A stretch of DNA of 64,000 nucleotides from contig NC_068988.1 of the NCBI RefSeq assembly GCF_001194135.2, positions 30,125,001 through 30,189,000 of the forward strand. Direction: 5' to 3'. The stretch's first letter is position 1, and the number at the start of each line of letters is the position of its first letter. The notes beneath the pieces were generated by a model that was not told the origin of the DNA, made no database searches, and worked only from the letters and a program-made list of their open reading frames with translations. The translations under genes and the position numbers were made by a program. This document shows, piece by piece, positions 26,522-41,852 of the stretch. Source of the DNA: Octopus bimaculoides. Its lineage: Eukaryota.

Positions 26522-27915
26522 GGCTTCTTACAGTTTTCATCTTTGATATTTACACATAAGGCATTGGTCTGCTCAGGACCTCGCTAAAAAAACAGTTGAC
26601 CAATGTACTGAAAAGTGGAACTGAACCTGAAATTGTGCTTTGACTGTCATGGACAAGACCACTACCAACACTGTCACCATCAACATAAGGACAGTTACTA
26701 CCACCGCCACTACCAATGCGACTATTTGTACTATTTATTAAGATCATGAACACTACTGACATAATTTCTAACACTGCAACTGTTACCCCACCATCTGGCC
26801 GCAAGACCATCACTACTACTATTACTACTACTACTACGATTACCATTACCACCCATCTACCTACCTGTAATGATATCATTACTAACCTTTAAAACCACCA
26901 CTACTACTTTTATCAACATTGCTAATGCCACAAACTCCAAGTCCACAACCATCAGGATTACCTGCCTTTGTGTGGTTTCTTGACTTGTTAGAGATAGCAG
27001 CCAAATTTCCCCACAGATAACACATCGCCATCTTGAAAGAACACATTAGATCATCCAGTCCTGGGTTCCTTGCTCAAACGAAAAAAAGACAGGATGGTCA
27101 TGGCCGGAATGTTAGAATATTCAGTGAGGTCTGACCTGGAGCTAAGCAACAACAACAACAACAACATTGAGTAATCATTTCATTTGCTAGAAATAACTGC
27201 CTAATTTTACTCAGATCACAACCTTGCTATCTTAATACACACACACATGCATAAACGCACATATACACACAGCTGATAATCTAGTTTAATTCTTGTGTGA
27301 CTGGAAGAGAAATATATAAGGTGAGGTGGTCATAACTGGAAGGATTTTTTTGTTCTTTTTTAAATCAATATGTCTCTTGTTGAAACCTAAAAATTTCATC
27401 AGCATCAACAACACTATTGCGACACTAACGAATACAAACGCTATCATTCGATCATCTATAGCAACCTTAACGCACTACACACAGTCAGGTTGCATTTGTT
27501 AATTTAAGATTTTTGCATTTTATCTTCGGAAAGGAAGAATGAAAGGAAGGCAGGAATGTTTAGTTTGATAAAAGCAATGAAAATGAGATAGAATAGAAAT
27601 TATCTGGGACTTGGCTGAGGTAAAAACTTCATATCTTGTCTCTTCACAATAAATAAACAAACATGTGTGTATGTGGATTGGTGTGTGTACACACACACAC
27701 ACACACACACATATATGTATCTATGTGTGTATGAGTACATGTGTGTGTGTACATCTGTGTGCATGCATTCACATGTATATGCATAGATATTCGTACATAT
27801 ATGTGTGTGTACATATATATATTAGATATATAATTTGTTTAAATGTATGTATATTTATATCTATATATATTTGTGTGTGCATATATATATATGTATGTAT
27901 ATATATATATATGTA

Positions 27916-27948
<33 letters not shown>

Positions 27949-30900
27949 GTGNNNNNNNNNNNNNNNNNNNNNNNNNNNNNNNNNNNNNNNNNNNNNNNNN
28001 NNNNNNNNNNNNNNNNNNNNNNNNNNNNNNNNNNNNNNNNNNNNNNNNNNNNNNNNNNNNNNNNNNNNNNNNNNNNNNNNNNNNNNNNNNNNNNNNNNNN
28101 NNNNNNNNNNNNNNNNNNNNNNNNNNNNNNNNNNNNNNNNNNNNNNNNNNNNNNNNNNNNNNNNNNNNNNNNNNNNNNNNNNNNNNNNNNNNNNNNNNNN
28201 NNNNNNNNNNNNNNNNNNNNNNNNNNNNNNNNNNNNNNTATATATATATATATGTGTGTGTGTGTATGTATATATATATATATATATATGTGTGTGTATG
28301 TATATATATATATGTATGTGTATGTATATATATCTATATATATATATGTGTATGTATATATATATATATATATGTGTATGTATATATATATGTATATATA
28401 TGTATACATACATACATGCACACATGTATATGTGTTCGTGTGTGTGTACACACATCACATGGTGATAACATCAGAGCTTTTAATGGGAAATTAAGATTAC
28501 AAGCTCTGCTGTGAAAAGTAGATAGGTGTGTATTTGTGTATCTCGTATTGTGTGTGTGTGTGTGTGTGTGTGTAAGATATTTTGTGTTAGCATGTATGTA
28601 TGTATGTATGTATGGTAGTCTACACATCACAGCAACAAGAGCAAAGATAATGGTTTCTCAGTAGTTACAAGGACACATTGTTTTTTTTGTTTTTGTTTCT
28701 AACTAAAAGTGTAGTAGTGGTGGGAGATATCTAGCTAATTAATTATTTTGATCCATTTTATTACTGGTATTTAATACATGCAATTTATCAGCAGTAGAGC
28801 AGTTGAAGGGTGAAATTAGCCTTGTCAGTGTCTGAATTCACAATGTAAGCAGTCTGAGATATTTTATCAGAGCTACCTTCCGTGTTTTTTGTTTTTTTCA
28901 CCTACCTTTTCTAGCATATAAACATTCCCCCAGAGGAAGCTTTTGTCTACAGATTGCATGAATAATCTCGGTTATCAGCTTTCCAATTCATGTTAGGGTC
29001 TCACTTATGTAATATGTCAGACAACAGTACATTGAATGTCTTTCCTTTCACATAGATAGACACAGATAGAGTGAGATGTCTGTGTTTGTATATATATATA
29101 TATGTATGTATGTTTGTTGTTAACTAGACACAGAACTTATTAAACTGATCTTTGACACTTCCTTCATAGATCACGGTTCCTATATTTATCCCTGAAAATA
29201 CGAAAGGCATATATCTCCAGCTTTGCATTACTCATTGACTGATTTTAGTCATTGGACTGTGGTCATGTTAGGCACGGAAGGGTTTGAAGTCAGATTGTAA
29301 ATCAATGAATATTGGATCTGAATATTGCCTGGAATTTACTTTCTCAATATTCCACAGTTTCTTGACAGTAATAATTGCATACAACGCATAGATACTCAGG
29401 TACATGTGTACACGGCTGAATGATTTGATAAGGTGATGGTGGCCCATAGCACTACAGTCACCAAACCACATTATCCATATGCTTGTTCCATGACAAACAA
29501 CCAAACAACAGTTTAATTGATGGTCTTCTTGTAATTATACCCATCAGTTTCTCATTCAGCTTGTTTGAAATACCTGACAAAATTATGTGATGACATATTT
29601 TTCATGAAGAGACACTGTTGTCATCGCTTTTAGTCTCAGTCCAAGATGGTGACACACAAGATTTTCTGCTTGTACAGTAAAAGCTCAATAGTTAATCCTC
29701 TCGTGCTGTGTTCTTGGTTTAGCAGGAATAACCAGATTCCCATGAAAGCAGTAATGAACAATAAACATAGTAAAAGATAAAATACTAAAAATAGACAACC
29801 AATCACCTCACAGCATTGTAGTCATGTGTGTTTATGACTCGTTGTTGATGGCGTCCCCTTTAGCTGTTGTTTTCTTCTGTCTTTTATTGAGAAAAAAAAA
29901 AAAAAACAGATTTTTGTGGTGAAATGAGAATTTGATGAACCCAGCACTTCATCTGGTAAACAAGCAAGGCCTAGACTCTTTACTGTTGGGGAAATTATTG
30001 ATATTTATTCTCTGGGTGAAGTGTTTAACCTTATGCAGACAATGAGAGTGGTTTGGACATGCAAACTGATGAAATTGATAAGGAAAGTAGCGATTCAGGT
30101 GAAAAAAATATGGTAGTTGAAAGATAGGCTAGTTATTGATATTCTTCTGAATTTTTTCGTGATTCTCTCCATTTGTTTGCCTGCAATCATTACTCTTGAG
30201 TTGTATTTGGAAGTATTTATTTTTTTGTTCAGGAGCCCAGGTGGAGGGTACAGTTAGACACGGCGGTTTAGGTTTCATAGGGTTAATACACACAAAAGCA
30301 GTAGAATGAGTGAGCATCGTTTATTTTTTTCTGCACCGAGTGTGTAACAGGAACTGATCGTATCCTAGTTATGACTACTTTGAATACTAAGTAGACACTG
30401 CTGGTTGTTAACTTGTTTAGCCCCTGGTCGACTCCCATTCAACAGATATATGATTAACGGAATTTCTTCCATGACTGTCCTTCTCTTTTGAGAAGTGTAT
30501 CTTAGACTGCATTTTCTAATATATTCTTTCTTATCCTATAATTGTAGAATGTGATTTGGAGATGATTCAGATGCTAATTTTGGTAACTGAACTGAGAATG
30601 TCTCTAATTGATTAACTGAACTGAGACTGTCTCTAATTGAGATGGATATGATTCCACAATCTGGCAATCAAGTATCTGTAGTGTCTGCCAAATCTGTTTA
30701 TCTTAAGGATCACTTCTGAATATTGGCCACCAATTTGAAGGATCTATACATATTTTTGCCCTCACTTTGCCAAATTTGTATATATCCAGTTAAGCTTCTG
30801 AACTTTATCCTTTCACTGATATACCACGGTGTGTGTCTGGTTTTCCTTTCCACCACAAACCTTTACTGTTCTGTATAACTTTTTAGTTCACATGCATTGA

Positions 30901-32821
30901 GTTTTCTTCTCCGGTACCCCATCTCTCTTGACTTCAGTTCTATGACCTTATATGCCAGTCTGATATGTTACGATTAGCTGCCCACATATCACCATTGTTA
31001 CAGACTTCAGCTGTAGATCTCAGACCCGCCATCCGACAATTTGATTATGCAAAGTACTCCCTTTCATTATCTCTGCTGATATTTTTGCTACTATTACTTA
31101 TGCAGCTCATCTTGTTACAATCATTTATTGCATTTTTTATTGTTGTTGCTACTGTTGTAATACTTGTAGCTGATGCCCTTCACTCTGTCAATATTGTGAT
31201 TGTTGTTGTTGTTGTTGTTGCTGCTGCTGCACTTCTCCTTTTTGCAGCTGTGTATTAGATATTGCTGTTCTAACTATTGCATCTAATTTACAAAATAGCA
31301 TCTGTTATTGTTTTTCAAGATAACAGCAAGATAAAACTACCTGGCTGTTAGTGTCCAGACATGTTTTTTTTTTCTTTTTTGCTCCCCAATAAAATTCCTG
31401 TCTCTCTGTGAAAGGGGAAACATAAGGGTGCCAGCAGAGATTTCACGTGCAGTTTTGGTGGAGCCCATCCCCTGCAAACCTATATGCAGAAAAGGGGGAG
31501 TGCAACTCAATCGTTTAATAAACACTAACGAGCTCCCGTCAGAATTTCTGGCTCTAAATATTCACCTGTTCTGTCAACTGAATACCAGGTGAGTTAAATT
31601 AGTGTGGAGGGGGCTAACACATGTACGCAGAAGTGTGTACCCTTAATGGAATTCTCAAGCAGACTGACAAGGTTGAACCTTCAAATTGTAGGTACTATCC
31701 ATCTGACAGGCTTCTGCATAGTCTCCATCTACCCAGTATCACTCACAAGATACAGGTCAGCTGTGAGGCTGGAGAAAATGACATTTTGAACAAGATGCCA
31801 CTTTGCAGAATCAAAGCCGGAACCTCACAATTGTGAAACAAACTTCTTTAATCATTTGGCTGTAATGTGCCAACTCTTTGTGGGTGGAGGGCATACACGG
31901 ACATATACATTTAAATGAGGTGCTCCAGGGCAGCCACAGTCCAATAAGAGAAATTAGTAAATATCTTCTATCTTTTGCTTGTCTCAGTCATTAGACTGTG
32001 GCCATGCTGGGGCACTGCTTGGAAGGATTTCTAGTCATTCTATCAGTCTGTTTTGCTGAACTTCTAAGTTACAGGGACATAAACACACCAACACTGGTTG
32101 TCAAGTGGGAGGGAGAGGTAAGGCACACACACACACACACACACATTCACACACACATATCTATTTCTTTATTGCCCACAAGGGGCTACACACAGAGGGG
32201 ACAAACAGGGACAGACAAACGGATTAAGTCGTTTATATCGACCCCAGTGCGTAACTGGTACTTATTTAATCGACCCCGAAAGGATNNNNNNNNNNNNNNN
32301 NNNNNNNNNNNNNNNNNNNNNNNNNNNNNNNNNNNNNNNNNNNNNNNNNNNNNNNNNNNNNNNNNNNNNNNNNNNNNNNNNNNNNNNNNNNNNNNNNNNN
32401 NNNNNNNNNNNNNNNNNNNNNNNNNNNNNNNNNNNNNNNNNNNNNNNNNNNNNNNNNNNNNNNNNNNNNNNNNNNNNNNNNNNNNNNNNNNNNNNNNNNN
32501 NNNNNNNNNNNNNNNNNNNNNNNNNNNNNNNNNNNNNNNNNNNNNNNNNNNNNNNNNNNNNNNNNNNNNNNNNNNNNNNNNNNNNNNNNNNNNNNNNNNN
32601 NNNNNNNNNNNNNNNNNNNNNNNNNNNNNNNNNNNNNNNNNNNNNNNNNNNNNNNNNNNNNNNNNNNNNNNNNNNNNNNNNNNNNNNNNNNNNNNNNNNN
32701 NNNNNNNNNNNNNNNNNNNNNNNNNNNNNNNNNNNNNNNNNNNNNNNNNNNNNNNNNNNNNNNCTTTGTAGGAATAAGTTCTGTAGAATATATCAATTAT
32801 TCTCCTTTGCATTCTAAATGT

Positions 32822-32884
<63 letters not shown>

Positions 32885-34227
32885 TGTACATTTTATATCA
32901 TATGGAAATGAGATTGTGCGACAATTATGTCTTTCTCAAGAGAATTAGCAGCTGAAGTGAATTGGTTTAAAATGGGAATGATTCCATTTTATCCCCAAAC
33001 ACATCTCTTTCATATTTTATCCTGGTGGCAATGAGTGGGGGGAAAAAAAAAAGGGAAAAATCAATAGTAATAGTAATTTCTAAATTTGGCACATGACCAT
33101 CCAAATTTTGGCAAGGAGTATAATTTGATTGAATTAAACCCCCAGTACTTGTCAGGTACCTCCGGAAAGATGAAACACCAGGTTATCCTTGGTCCTGAAT
33201 TGAAATTCTGTATTTAAAAGTTCATAGTAAAATACCCCCGGCATTTCAGCTGATATTCTACCAATTCTGCTACATTGGCCCAAAGCCAGACATTTTTATA
33301 CGAGGGGGTATATTTGATTGGGTCGTTCACCTACTTCAGAGATAAAAGGGCAGAGTAGAACCAGGCAGAATTTGAGCTCAGAATACCATGCAATGAAACT
33401 AAATATTATAAATAATTAAGTTCAGCTCTTGAGAGCCACTACAAATGCTATTATAATAACGGGAATAATTAATATAATATTATTCAATAATTACAGTGAA
33501 ATATTTATGAGCTCAACAGGAAATTAAACAATATATTACTTCAAATACAATTTTTACATACTTATAATTAAGACTCACTCAAAATTTTAATCTAATTTTG
33601 CTTAGCTTACTAATTAAGTATATTAATGTAAGTAAACTAACAAAAAAAATTGCAAGTAAAAAAAATTATTAATACAACACCCCCACACACACACACACAC
33701 CTTCACACCCCAAAGGAGCTTCCATAAATCAACACTAGTCTTTTGTGGAAAGGCAATTTGGTTATATATGGTGGTGGTGGTCATGGTAGTGTCTACTTTG
33801 ATTGTGTATGTGTTTGTGTAACTCCACACACATAAACATACAGTTACACATACCTACCTAACTACGCACAAATATATTTATGTTTTTATGTAATGTATGT
33901 GTGTGTGGGGGGGGGCATTCTTATTTGATATATAGAGGTAGTAGCAACGGTCAGCAGCCTTTTACTACAATACATTGATAATAATGGTGGTGGATGTGTC
34001 TGTCATCATTGTCATTGTGGTAGCGTTTAGTATTGGCTTTGTCAGTGTCCGATTGTTTAAGTATATTTTCATGTAGACACAGCTATTACAGAAATAGTTA
34101 CTAACCGCAAAAGTTCGTTACAAGCGTAGGTGTGTGTAATCTTTTGTACAAGCAGTAAGAGGAAATTGTTTGGGAAGGTTTTTGCACCTCGGTAAAGGAA
34201 ACAGCCACCAGTTGGGGTTAGGTCTAC

Positions 34228-34467
34228 CACTGGTTCTCAACTGGGGTACACATGAGATTTTGCTGTTAAAATTTTTGCGTGCAATAAACAAGTTATACTT
34301 CTACAATACACTGAATGTTTAAACATTTTTTTAATACAATTCCTAATAAGATTTAATCATAAAAATATAATAGGACTTTTTAGACATCAAATGGCTATGG
34401 GGCTTTCCCACCGAGTAAGATAGAAGTCGAAGGGATCCATAGGCAAAAATGGTTTTGAGAACCACTG
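34228..34467. mobile_element. hAT-like MITE, ~240 bp
   Basis: Ends CACTGGTTCTCAA and TTGAGAACCACTG. GTCTAC lies on both flanks (degenerate TSD). Confidence 0.7.
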
Positions 34468-34526
34468 GTCTACATTCTAATTCAATTGTAGTTTTGAAAA
34501 CTAAAGAATTTCTTAGTATCAAATAT

Positions 34527-34739
34527 TCTTTTCTACTCTAGACACAGGGCTTGAAATTTTTAGGGAGGGGACCAGTCGATTAGATCAATCCCAGTACACA
34601 ACTGGTACTTAATTTATCGACCCTGAAAAGATAAAAAGCAAAGTCAACCTCAGCGGAGTTTTAACTCAGAATGTAAAAACAGACGAAGTACTGCTTAGTA
34701 TTTCATCCGGCATGCTAATGTTTCTGCCAGCTTCCCGCC
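34527..34739 (-). mobile_element. SINE family 2 with 17 bp TSD
   Basis: TSD TTCTTAGTATCAAATAT at 34510-34526 and 34740-34756. Confidence 0.85.
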
Positions 34740-35553
34740 TTCTTAGTATCAAATATCGGTTTCGTTTTGATTGAGTTCAAAGCTTCCCTTCCCTGCTTGT
34801 GTGTTTTTGATGGAGAGAAAGGAATGACGACTGTTGTAATCTTTCGAGGATCAAGTGAAACAGTAGCTTTGTTCGTATGAGTTTTTTTCTTCCGACCGTT
34901 TTCGATGATGCATGATGGCCTCAGCATGCCAACCTATTGCAGATTCAACGGGGTTGGTCCCAAGGTTCGATAATTAAACCAGGCCATTGACATTATAATT
35001 TTTTGACTAATATTTGAGACCGACGAAGGAAGCTACACATCCTACTTACAGGATGTGACGGGGATGGAGTGGGGTTACTGCTCAGGCCAGGTAAAAAATG
35101 GTTTGACAGGTGACCANNNNNNNNNNNNNNNNNNNNNNNNNNNNNNNNNNNNNNNNNNNNNNNNNNNNNNNNNNNNNNNNNNNNNNNNNNNNNNNNNNNN
35201 NNNNNNNNNNNNNNNNATCACCAACTCGACCATTAATACCAACTCTTCCCTCCTTACTACCACCACCACCACCATTATTATCGCCACCATCACCACCACC
35301 ACCATTATCACCTCCACCGGCATCCCCACCACCATCATCATCATCAGCAGCAGCAGCAGCACCGTTTCCCCTGGTCTCAAAAGAACTTCTATATTAGGCC
35401 TGGTTCCTTCTCAAAGGAATGGCATCAAACTCTTTAATTTCACTCATTCTTATCTCTAATTGGTGGAATTTGAATGTTTTTTAACTCAGCCAAATGCAAT
35501 TCCTCATAATTCCTCATAATCTTAGAAATTTCGGTGGAGAAACTGGAACGAAT

Positions 35554-35588
<35 letters not shown>

Positions 35589-35826
35589 TAAATTTTTTTA
35601 TAAATACCTTTTAATCTTTCTGTGTATATATGCATTATGCATCCATGCGTGTAGTTATATGTATGTATATTTATGTGTGTGTGTATATATATATATATAT
35701 TAATGTATATATGTGTATGTGTATTTATATATATATATATAAATATATATATGTGTGTGTTTGTGTGTGTATTTATATATATATATATGTATATATGTGT
35801 GTGTTTGTGTGTGTGTATTTATATAT

Positions 35827-36031
35827 ATACTCTTTTACTTGGCTCAGTCATTTGACTGTGGCCATGCTGGAGTACCTCCTTTAGTCAAGCAAATCGACCC
35901 CAGGACTTATTCTTTGTAAGCTTTGTACTTATTCTATGGGTCTCTTTTGCTGAACCGCTAGGTTACGGGGATGTAAACACACCAGCATCGACTGTCAAGC
36001 AGTGTTCAGGGGGACAGACACACAAACATAT

Positions 36032-36081
<50 letters not shown>

Positions 36082-36194
36082 GACAGGCTTCTTTCATTTT
36101 CCGTCTACCAAATCCACTCACAAGGCTTTGGTCGGCCAGTGGCTATAGTAGAAGACACTTGCCCATGTGGTTCATAAACAAGCTACTTACCACA
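35827..36194 (-). mobile_element. SINE family 1, near full length
   Basis: Reverse complement of family 1. Confidence 0.8.
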
Positions 36195-36394
36195 TGTGTG
36201 TGAATGTATTTATATATATATGCGTGTGTATAAATATATATATATATGTGTGTATGTATATATGTGTGTGTGTGCACATTTATATATAGATATTTATATG
36301 CGTGTGTGTGTGTGTGTATGTGTGTCCTTGTGTTAGCTGTAAGGAAATGTTATCATGTGGTGTCATTTATTTTCAGTCTGGTCATGGGGCAATA

Positions 36395-36533
36395 TTACCT
36401 TCTTTGGAAACAGGTGAGAGTTGGTGCCAAGAAGGGCATCCAGCTGTAGAAAATCTGCCTCAACAAATTCCACCTGACCCATGCCAGTATGAGAAAATGA
36501 ACGTTAAATGATGATGATGATGATGATGATGAT
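36395..36533 (+). mobile_element. RTE LINE 3' UTR end, diverged
   Basis: aagggcatccagctgtagaaa...gaacgttaaa followed by (TGA)n. Confidence 0.7.
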
Positions 36534-37499
36534 ACGTACATATACACAGTCATACACATATACATGTGTGTGTGTGTGTGTGAAGTTATTCTCATGAATG
36601 AGAGGACGAGGGAGTGGAATTGGAGACCATTTTTGATTCCCACTTCAAAAACCCGATTGATCCTGTTTAGCACCTTCCTACTTTGGTAAACTATTTTCAT
36701 TCAGAATGAAGAACTCCAACAAGAATCTGGCGCTTTGCCATTTTGTCTAAGGCAAAGGTAACAAATCTCTGTTTTCTCGATTTAGCTGCTATCTGTTTAA
36801 AAGACATGAATCCCTGTGACTCAACTACACAAAACCAGCAGCAGCATGATGCCAAAGAATTAGTCAGTGTTTTAGAAGTTTCTGATGGAAGCTAGAGGGG
36901 GTGGGTGGGTAGGTTTACCAAAACAAAAAAGAGAGAGAGAGAGAGGAGTTTGTTTGGAGTCTTAATAGATTTCTTTTGACATTCTGTGGGGGGGGGCAGG
37001 TGTATGGACGGATGGAGGGGATAAGAACAGAAGTTTTGGGGGATACTGTTTGAGTTCTATCCACCATCATCATTAGCATCATCACTATACTTTATAGTAT
37101 TTATTACGATGCTTCCATGCAGCCACTCACCATGAGTGAAACGGTAGCTAAATCTCCCTCAGATTGCATCCTGTGATCTATATAGACGTGAAGACATATT
37201 GGACCACGTAGGCTCTGAGATACATAAAAAGCGAAGATGTTTGGTCAAGGTTGGAACACTGCAGATTAGCTCAATCAGGATTAAACTGCTGCTATATATG
37301 TATATATGCAACAGGCTTCTTTCAGTTTCCACCCACCAAATCCACTCACAAGGAGACACTTGCCCAAGGTGCCAGGCAGTGGGACTGAACCCGGAACCAT
37401 GTGGTTGGTAAGCAAGTTACTTACTCCACAGCCACTCATATTTATCCAACCCATGCCAGCATGGAAGTCGGATGTTAACCGGTGATGACGATAATGATG

Positions 37500-37545
<46 letters not shown>

Positions 37546-38384
37546 ATATGTGCCTACACACACACACACACGCGTATGTGTGTATAGCAGGGTGTTATTT
37601 TCTATAGATTTGTTTTTCTTTTCTTTAATTTCTATGAATAATCTGTTTATCTTTACAATAATCCCCACCCTGAAGAGTGCCTAGCATCAACAACACCCCC
37701 ACCCCCGTCCCNNNNNNNNNNNNNNNNNNNNNNNNNNNNNNNNNNNNNNNNNNNNNNNNNNNNNNNNNNNNNNNNNNNNNNNNNNNNNNNNNNNTCCCTC
37801 TTTTCTGTCTCTGCTTCTGTGTAATCTCCCTCCTCCCCTCCCTCTCTCTCTTCCTTCCCCCCTGTCTCTCTGTCTTTTTTTCTCTTTTACTCAACCACCC
37901 ACACAATTCCCTTGCTATCAGGCCCCCCCCCCTCACTTAACTTCTTTTACCCTTCAGAGTAACTGGTAGTTTCTACCCTGTTGCCTTTTTTATAGGCATT
38001 CATATATAAGGGTATGTGCATGTGTGTGTGTGTTTCCTCAATCAAGTTGCATATACAAACAGCCACCTACATACACAGAACTCAGTTACATGTATGAGTG
38101 TGTATTTGTGTGTGTGTGTGTATGTGTGCACACGCGTGTCCTCATACACACACACATACACACGTGTGTTGTCATCTGAAGATGTATCAATAGATCTGTT
38201 TAATCTGACACTAAACACGCACACACATACACACATTCACTTATGCATACATACACACATACATACACATACCTGGAGAATTCATAATTGTTGAGATACA
38301 CACACACACACACACATACACACGCATGCATACATACACATAGGCATGTATCTCTATACACACACACCCACACACGCACATTTG

Positions 38385-38705
38385 ACTGTGGCCATGCTGG
38401 GGCGTGATCATGAATGGTTTAATCAAACAAATCGACCCCAGGACTTACTCTATTGGTCTTTTTACTTTGCTTCTATGCTATGTTGACGTAAACAAACCAA
38501 CACTGGTTTCAGTGATGGGAAACATAAAGACACATGCACACACACACACACACACATGATGGGCTTCAACACAGTTTTCATCTACAAAATTCACTTACAA
38601 AGTATTGGTTCGCCTGGGGCTATAGTAACCCAAGGTGCTACGCAATGGGGTTGAACCTGGGACCACGTGGTTGCAAAGTGAGCTGCTTAACTGCACAGCT
38701 GTGCC
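38385..38705 (-). mobile_element. SINE family 1, diverged
   Basis: tttgactgtggccatgctgg...aatcgaccccaggact...acccaaggtgc. Confidence 0.65.
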
Positions 38706-38848
38706 TTGTGTCTATGTTACACATGGGTGTTTGTATTCTGTATTGAAAGTATATGTATATTTATACACACCTTAATATACGCACACATGTATGTTTATAC
38801 TGTAACACTTCCATTAGGATAAATACTGACATACATGTGTATATGTAT

Positions 38849-39093
38849 CATCATCATCATCATCATCATCATCGTTTAACGTCCGCTTTCCATGCTAGCA
38901 TGGGTTGGACAATTTGACTGAGGACTGGTGAAACCGGATGGCAACTCCAGGCTCCAGTCTGATTTGGCAGAGTTTCTACAGCTGGATGCCCTTCCTAACG
39001 CCAACCACTCAGAGAGTGTAGTGGGTGCTTTTACGTGTCACCCGCACGAAAACGGCCACGCTCGAAATGGTGTCTTTTATGTGCCACCCGCAC
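38849..39093 (-). mobile_element. RTE LINE 3' UTR copy, runs into a gap
   Basis: (CAT)n followed by the reverse complement of the family 3' UTR. Confidence 0.8.
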
Positions 39094-39899
39094 NNNNNNN
39101 NNNNNNNNNNNNNNNNNNNNNNNNNNNNNNNNNNNNNNNNNNNNNNNNNNNNNNNNNNNNNNNNNNNNNNNNNNNNNNNNNNNNNNNNNNNNNNNNNNNN
39201 NNNNNNNNNNNNNNNNNNNNNNNNNNNNNNNNNNNNNNNNNNNNNNNNNNNNNNNNNNNNNNNNNNNNNNNNNNNNNNNNNNNNNNNNNNNNNNNNNNNN
39301 NNNNNNNNNNNNNNNNNNNNNNNNNNNNNNNNNNNNNNNNNNNNNNNNNNNNNNNNNNNNNNNNNNNNNNNNNNNNNNNNNNNNNNNNNNNNNNNNNNNN
39401 NNNNNNNNNNNNNNNNNNNNNNNNNNNNNNNNNNNNNNNNNNNNNNNNNNNNNNNNNNNNNNNNNNNNNNNNNNNNNNNNNNNTATATTGTGTATATATA
39501 TATACATATATATAATATATATATGGTTATATAATAAACACACCAATGTAATTACACATCCAGCTAAATAAATACAAATGTGTACACACGCACACGCATA
39601 CATATATATAAAACCACTTGACATACACGCTTCTATTCAAGTGCATCACACACACACACACACACACGCACAGAGGCTGCTAGGCCCTCTACTTGTATAC
39701 AGTTTTATATTACTATATAAACAAGCCGATATATGCAAAGCACCACATGTGTATGGCACTTCAGTGATACATACATGAATATATGACAGCATGCACTCAC
39801 ACACACACAAACACACGTGCGTCTATTCATGTATTTCTTCAACCACACAGACCTACATAACTATATAAGCCTATACTTGCACGGTCTCATACAAGTGTA

Positions 39900-40245
39900 C
39901 ACGCCAAATGTGTTTGCATACGTCCATCCCCATTCAAATATGCAAATGTGTATGTGTGTGTGTTGATGTGTGTGTATGGATATGTGTGTATGGATGTATG
40001 TGTGTGGATGTGTGTATATGGACGTGTGGATGTGTGTGTGTGGATGTGGGTGTGTATGTCTGGATGTGGGTGTGTATGGATGTATGTGGATGTGTGTGGA
40101 TGTATGTGGATGTGTGCGGATGGATGTGTATCTGTATGTGCGTTTGTGGATGTGTGTGTGAATGTGTGTATGTGTGGATGTCTGTCTACGTGGATGAGTG
40201 TACATGTGTGTGTGAATGTGTGTATATGGATGGATGTGTGTGAGT
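39900..40245. repeat. Degenerate (TGTGGA/TGTATGGA)n repeat
   Basis: Read directly. Confidence 0.85.
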
Positions 40246-40284
40246 GAGAGTAATCATCATCGCCTTAGCTTTTATCTTTCAATT

Positions 40285-40630
40285 CTTTGAGTCATTGGAC
40301 TATGCCCATGCTGGAGCATTGCCTTGAAGGGTTTTAGTCGAACAAATCAACCCCCAGGACTTGAAATCTGACACTTATTCTATTGGCCTCTTTTACGAAA
40401 CTGCTAAGGGACATAAACAAACCTACACTGGTCAAACAGTGGAGGTGGTGGTGACAGACACACGCACATAAGGGGGCTTCCACACAGTTTCCCCTCTGTC
40501 AAATTCACTCAGAAGGCATTGGTCAGTCTTGGGTCTATAGTTGAAAACACCTGCCCAAGGTGCCATGCAGTGGAACTGAACTCAAAACTTCATGGTTGCA
40601 AAGCAGGCTCCTTAACCACACAGCCATTCC
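40285..40630 (-). mobile_element. SINE family 1, diverged
   Basis: Both halves are recognisable. Confidence 0.65.
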
Positions 40631-41021
40631 TGCCACCATGGGTTAATTGTCATGATTTTGTCATTGGAAGCCACTGCCTTCACAGACAGGTCAGACTGGG
40701 GGGGGGGGGGACTGGCTTCTACGTCTGAACGTCCTTCCTTGCACCAACCACTTTACACTGTGTACAGAGGACATTTTATCATGGCACCAGCACCAGAGGT
40801 GTTGCTCTGTTTTTCTACAAGACAACACCAAAGAAGCCTCTCAGACTTAAGCTTTCTCCACACACACACACACATACACACACACCTTGTACTTCTGTCT
40901 CCAAATTTCACACAAATGGCATTGGTCCATATTTTGGCATTTGGTGACCAAAATGCTGCTCAATAGCATCAAATCCACCAGCATATGGCCCACAAGCAAA
41001 CTGCTTAATTACATAGTCAAG

Positions 41022-41057
<36 letters not shown>

Positions 41058-41504
41058 NNNNNNNNNNNNNNNNNNNNNNNNNNNNNNNNNNNNNNNNNNN
41101 NNNNNNNNNNNNNNNNNNNNNNNNNNNNNNNNNNNNNNNNNNNNNNNNNNNNNNNNNNNNNNNNNNNNNNNNNNNNNNNNNNNNNNNNNNNNNNNNNNNN
41201 NNNNNNNNNNNNNNNNNNNNNNNNNNNNNNNNNNNNNNNNNNNNNNNNNNNNNNNNNNNNNNNNNNNNNNNNNNNNNNNNNNNNNNNNNNNNNNNNNNNN
41301 NNNNNNNNNNNNNNNNNNNNNNNNNNNNNNNNNNNNNNNNNNNNNNNNNNNNNNNNNNNNNNNNNNNNNNNNNNNNNNNNNNNNNNNNNNNNNNNNNNNN
41401 NNNNNNNNNNNNNNNNNNNNNNNNNNNNNNNNNNNNNNNNNNNNNNNNNNNNNNNNNNNNNNNNNNNNNNNNNNNNNNNNNNNNNNNNNNNNNNNNNNNN
41501 NNNN

Positions 41505-41562
<58 letters not shown>

Positions 41563-41756
41563 ACTGTTATTATCAATATGCCTCTGTTTTTCTTTGTTGT
41601 CACAACACCTCTCTATTTTCTTTGTAATATATTTAGAAATATTACAGGCTTACTTCTTTCTAACACTTTCTTTCTTTCCATTACACATACATTCATACAC
41701 ACACACATGCGCACACACACACACACACACACACTCTTTCTCTCTCCCTTTCTATC

Positions 41757-41811
<55 letters not shown>

Positions 41812-41817
41812 CCACTC

Positions 41818-41852
<35 letters not shown>

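Noticed and set aside
27665-28630. ORFs of 200-270 aa, and similar X-rich ORFs at 7142, 12230, 31998, 38928 and 40887
   Set aside because: They are read through N gaps and TA/TG microsatellites.
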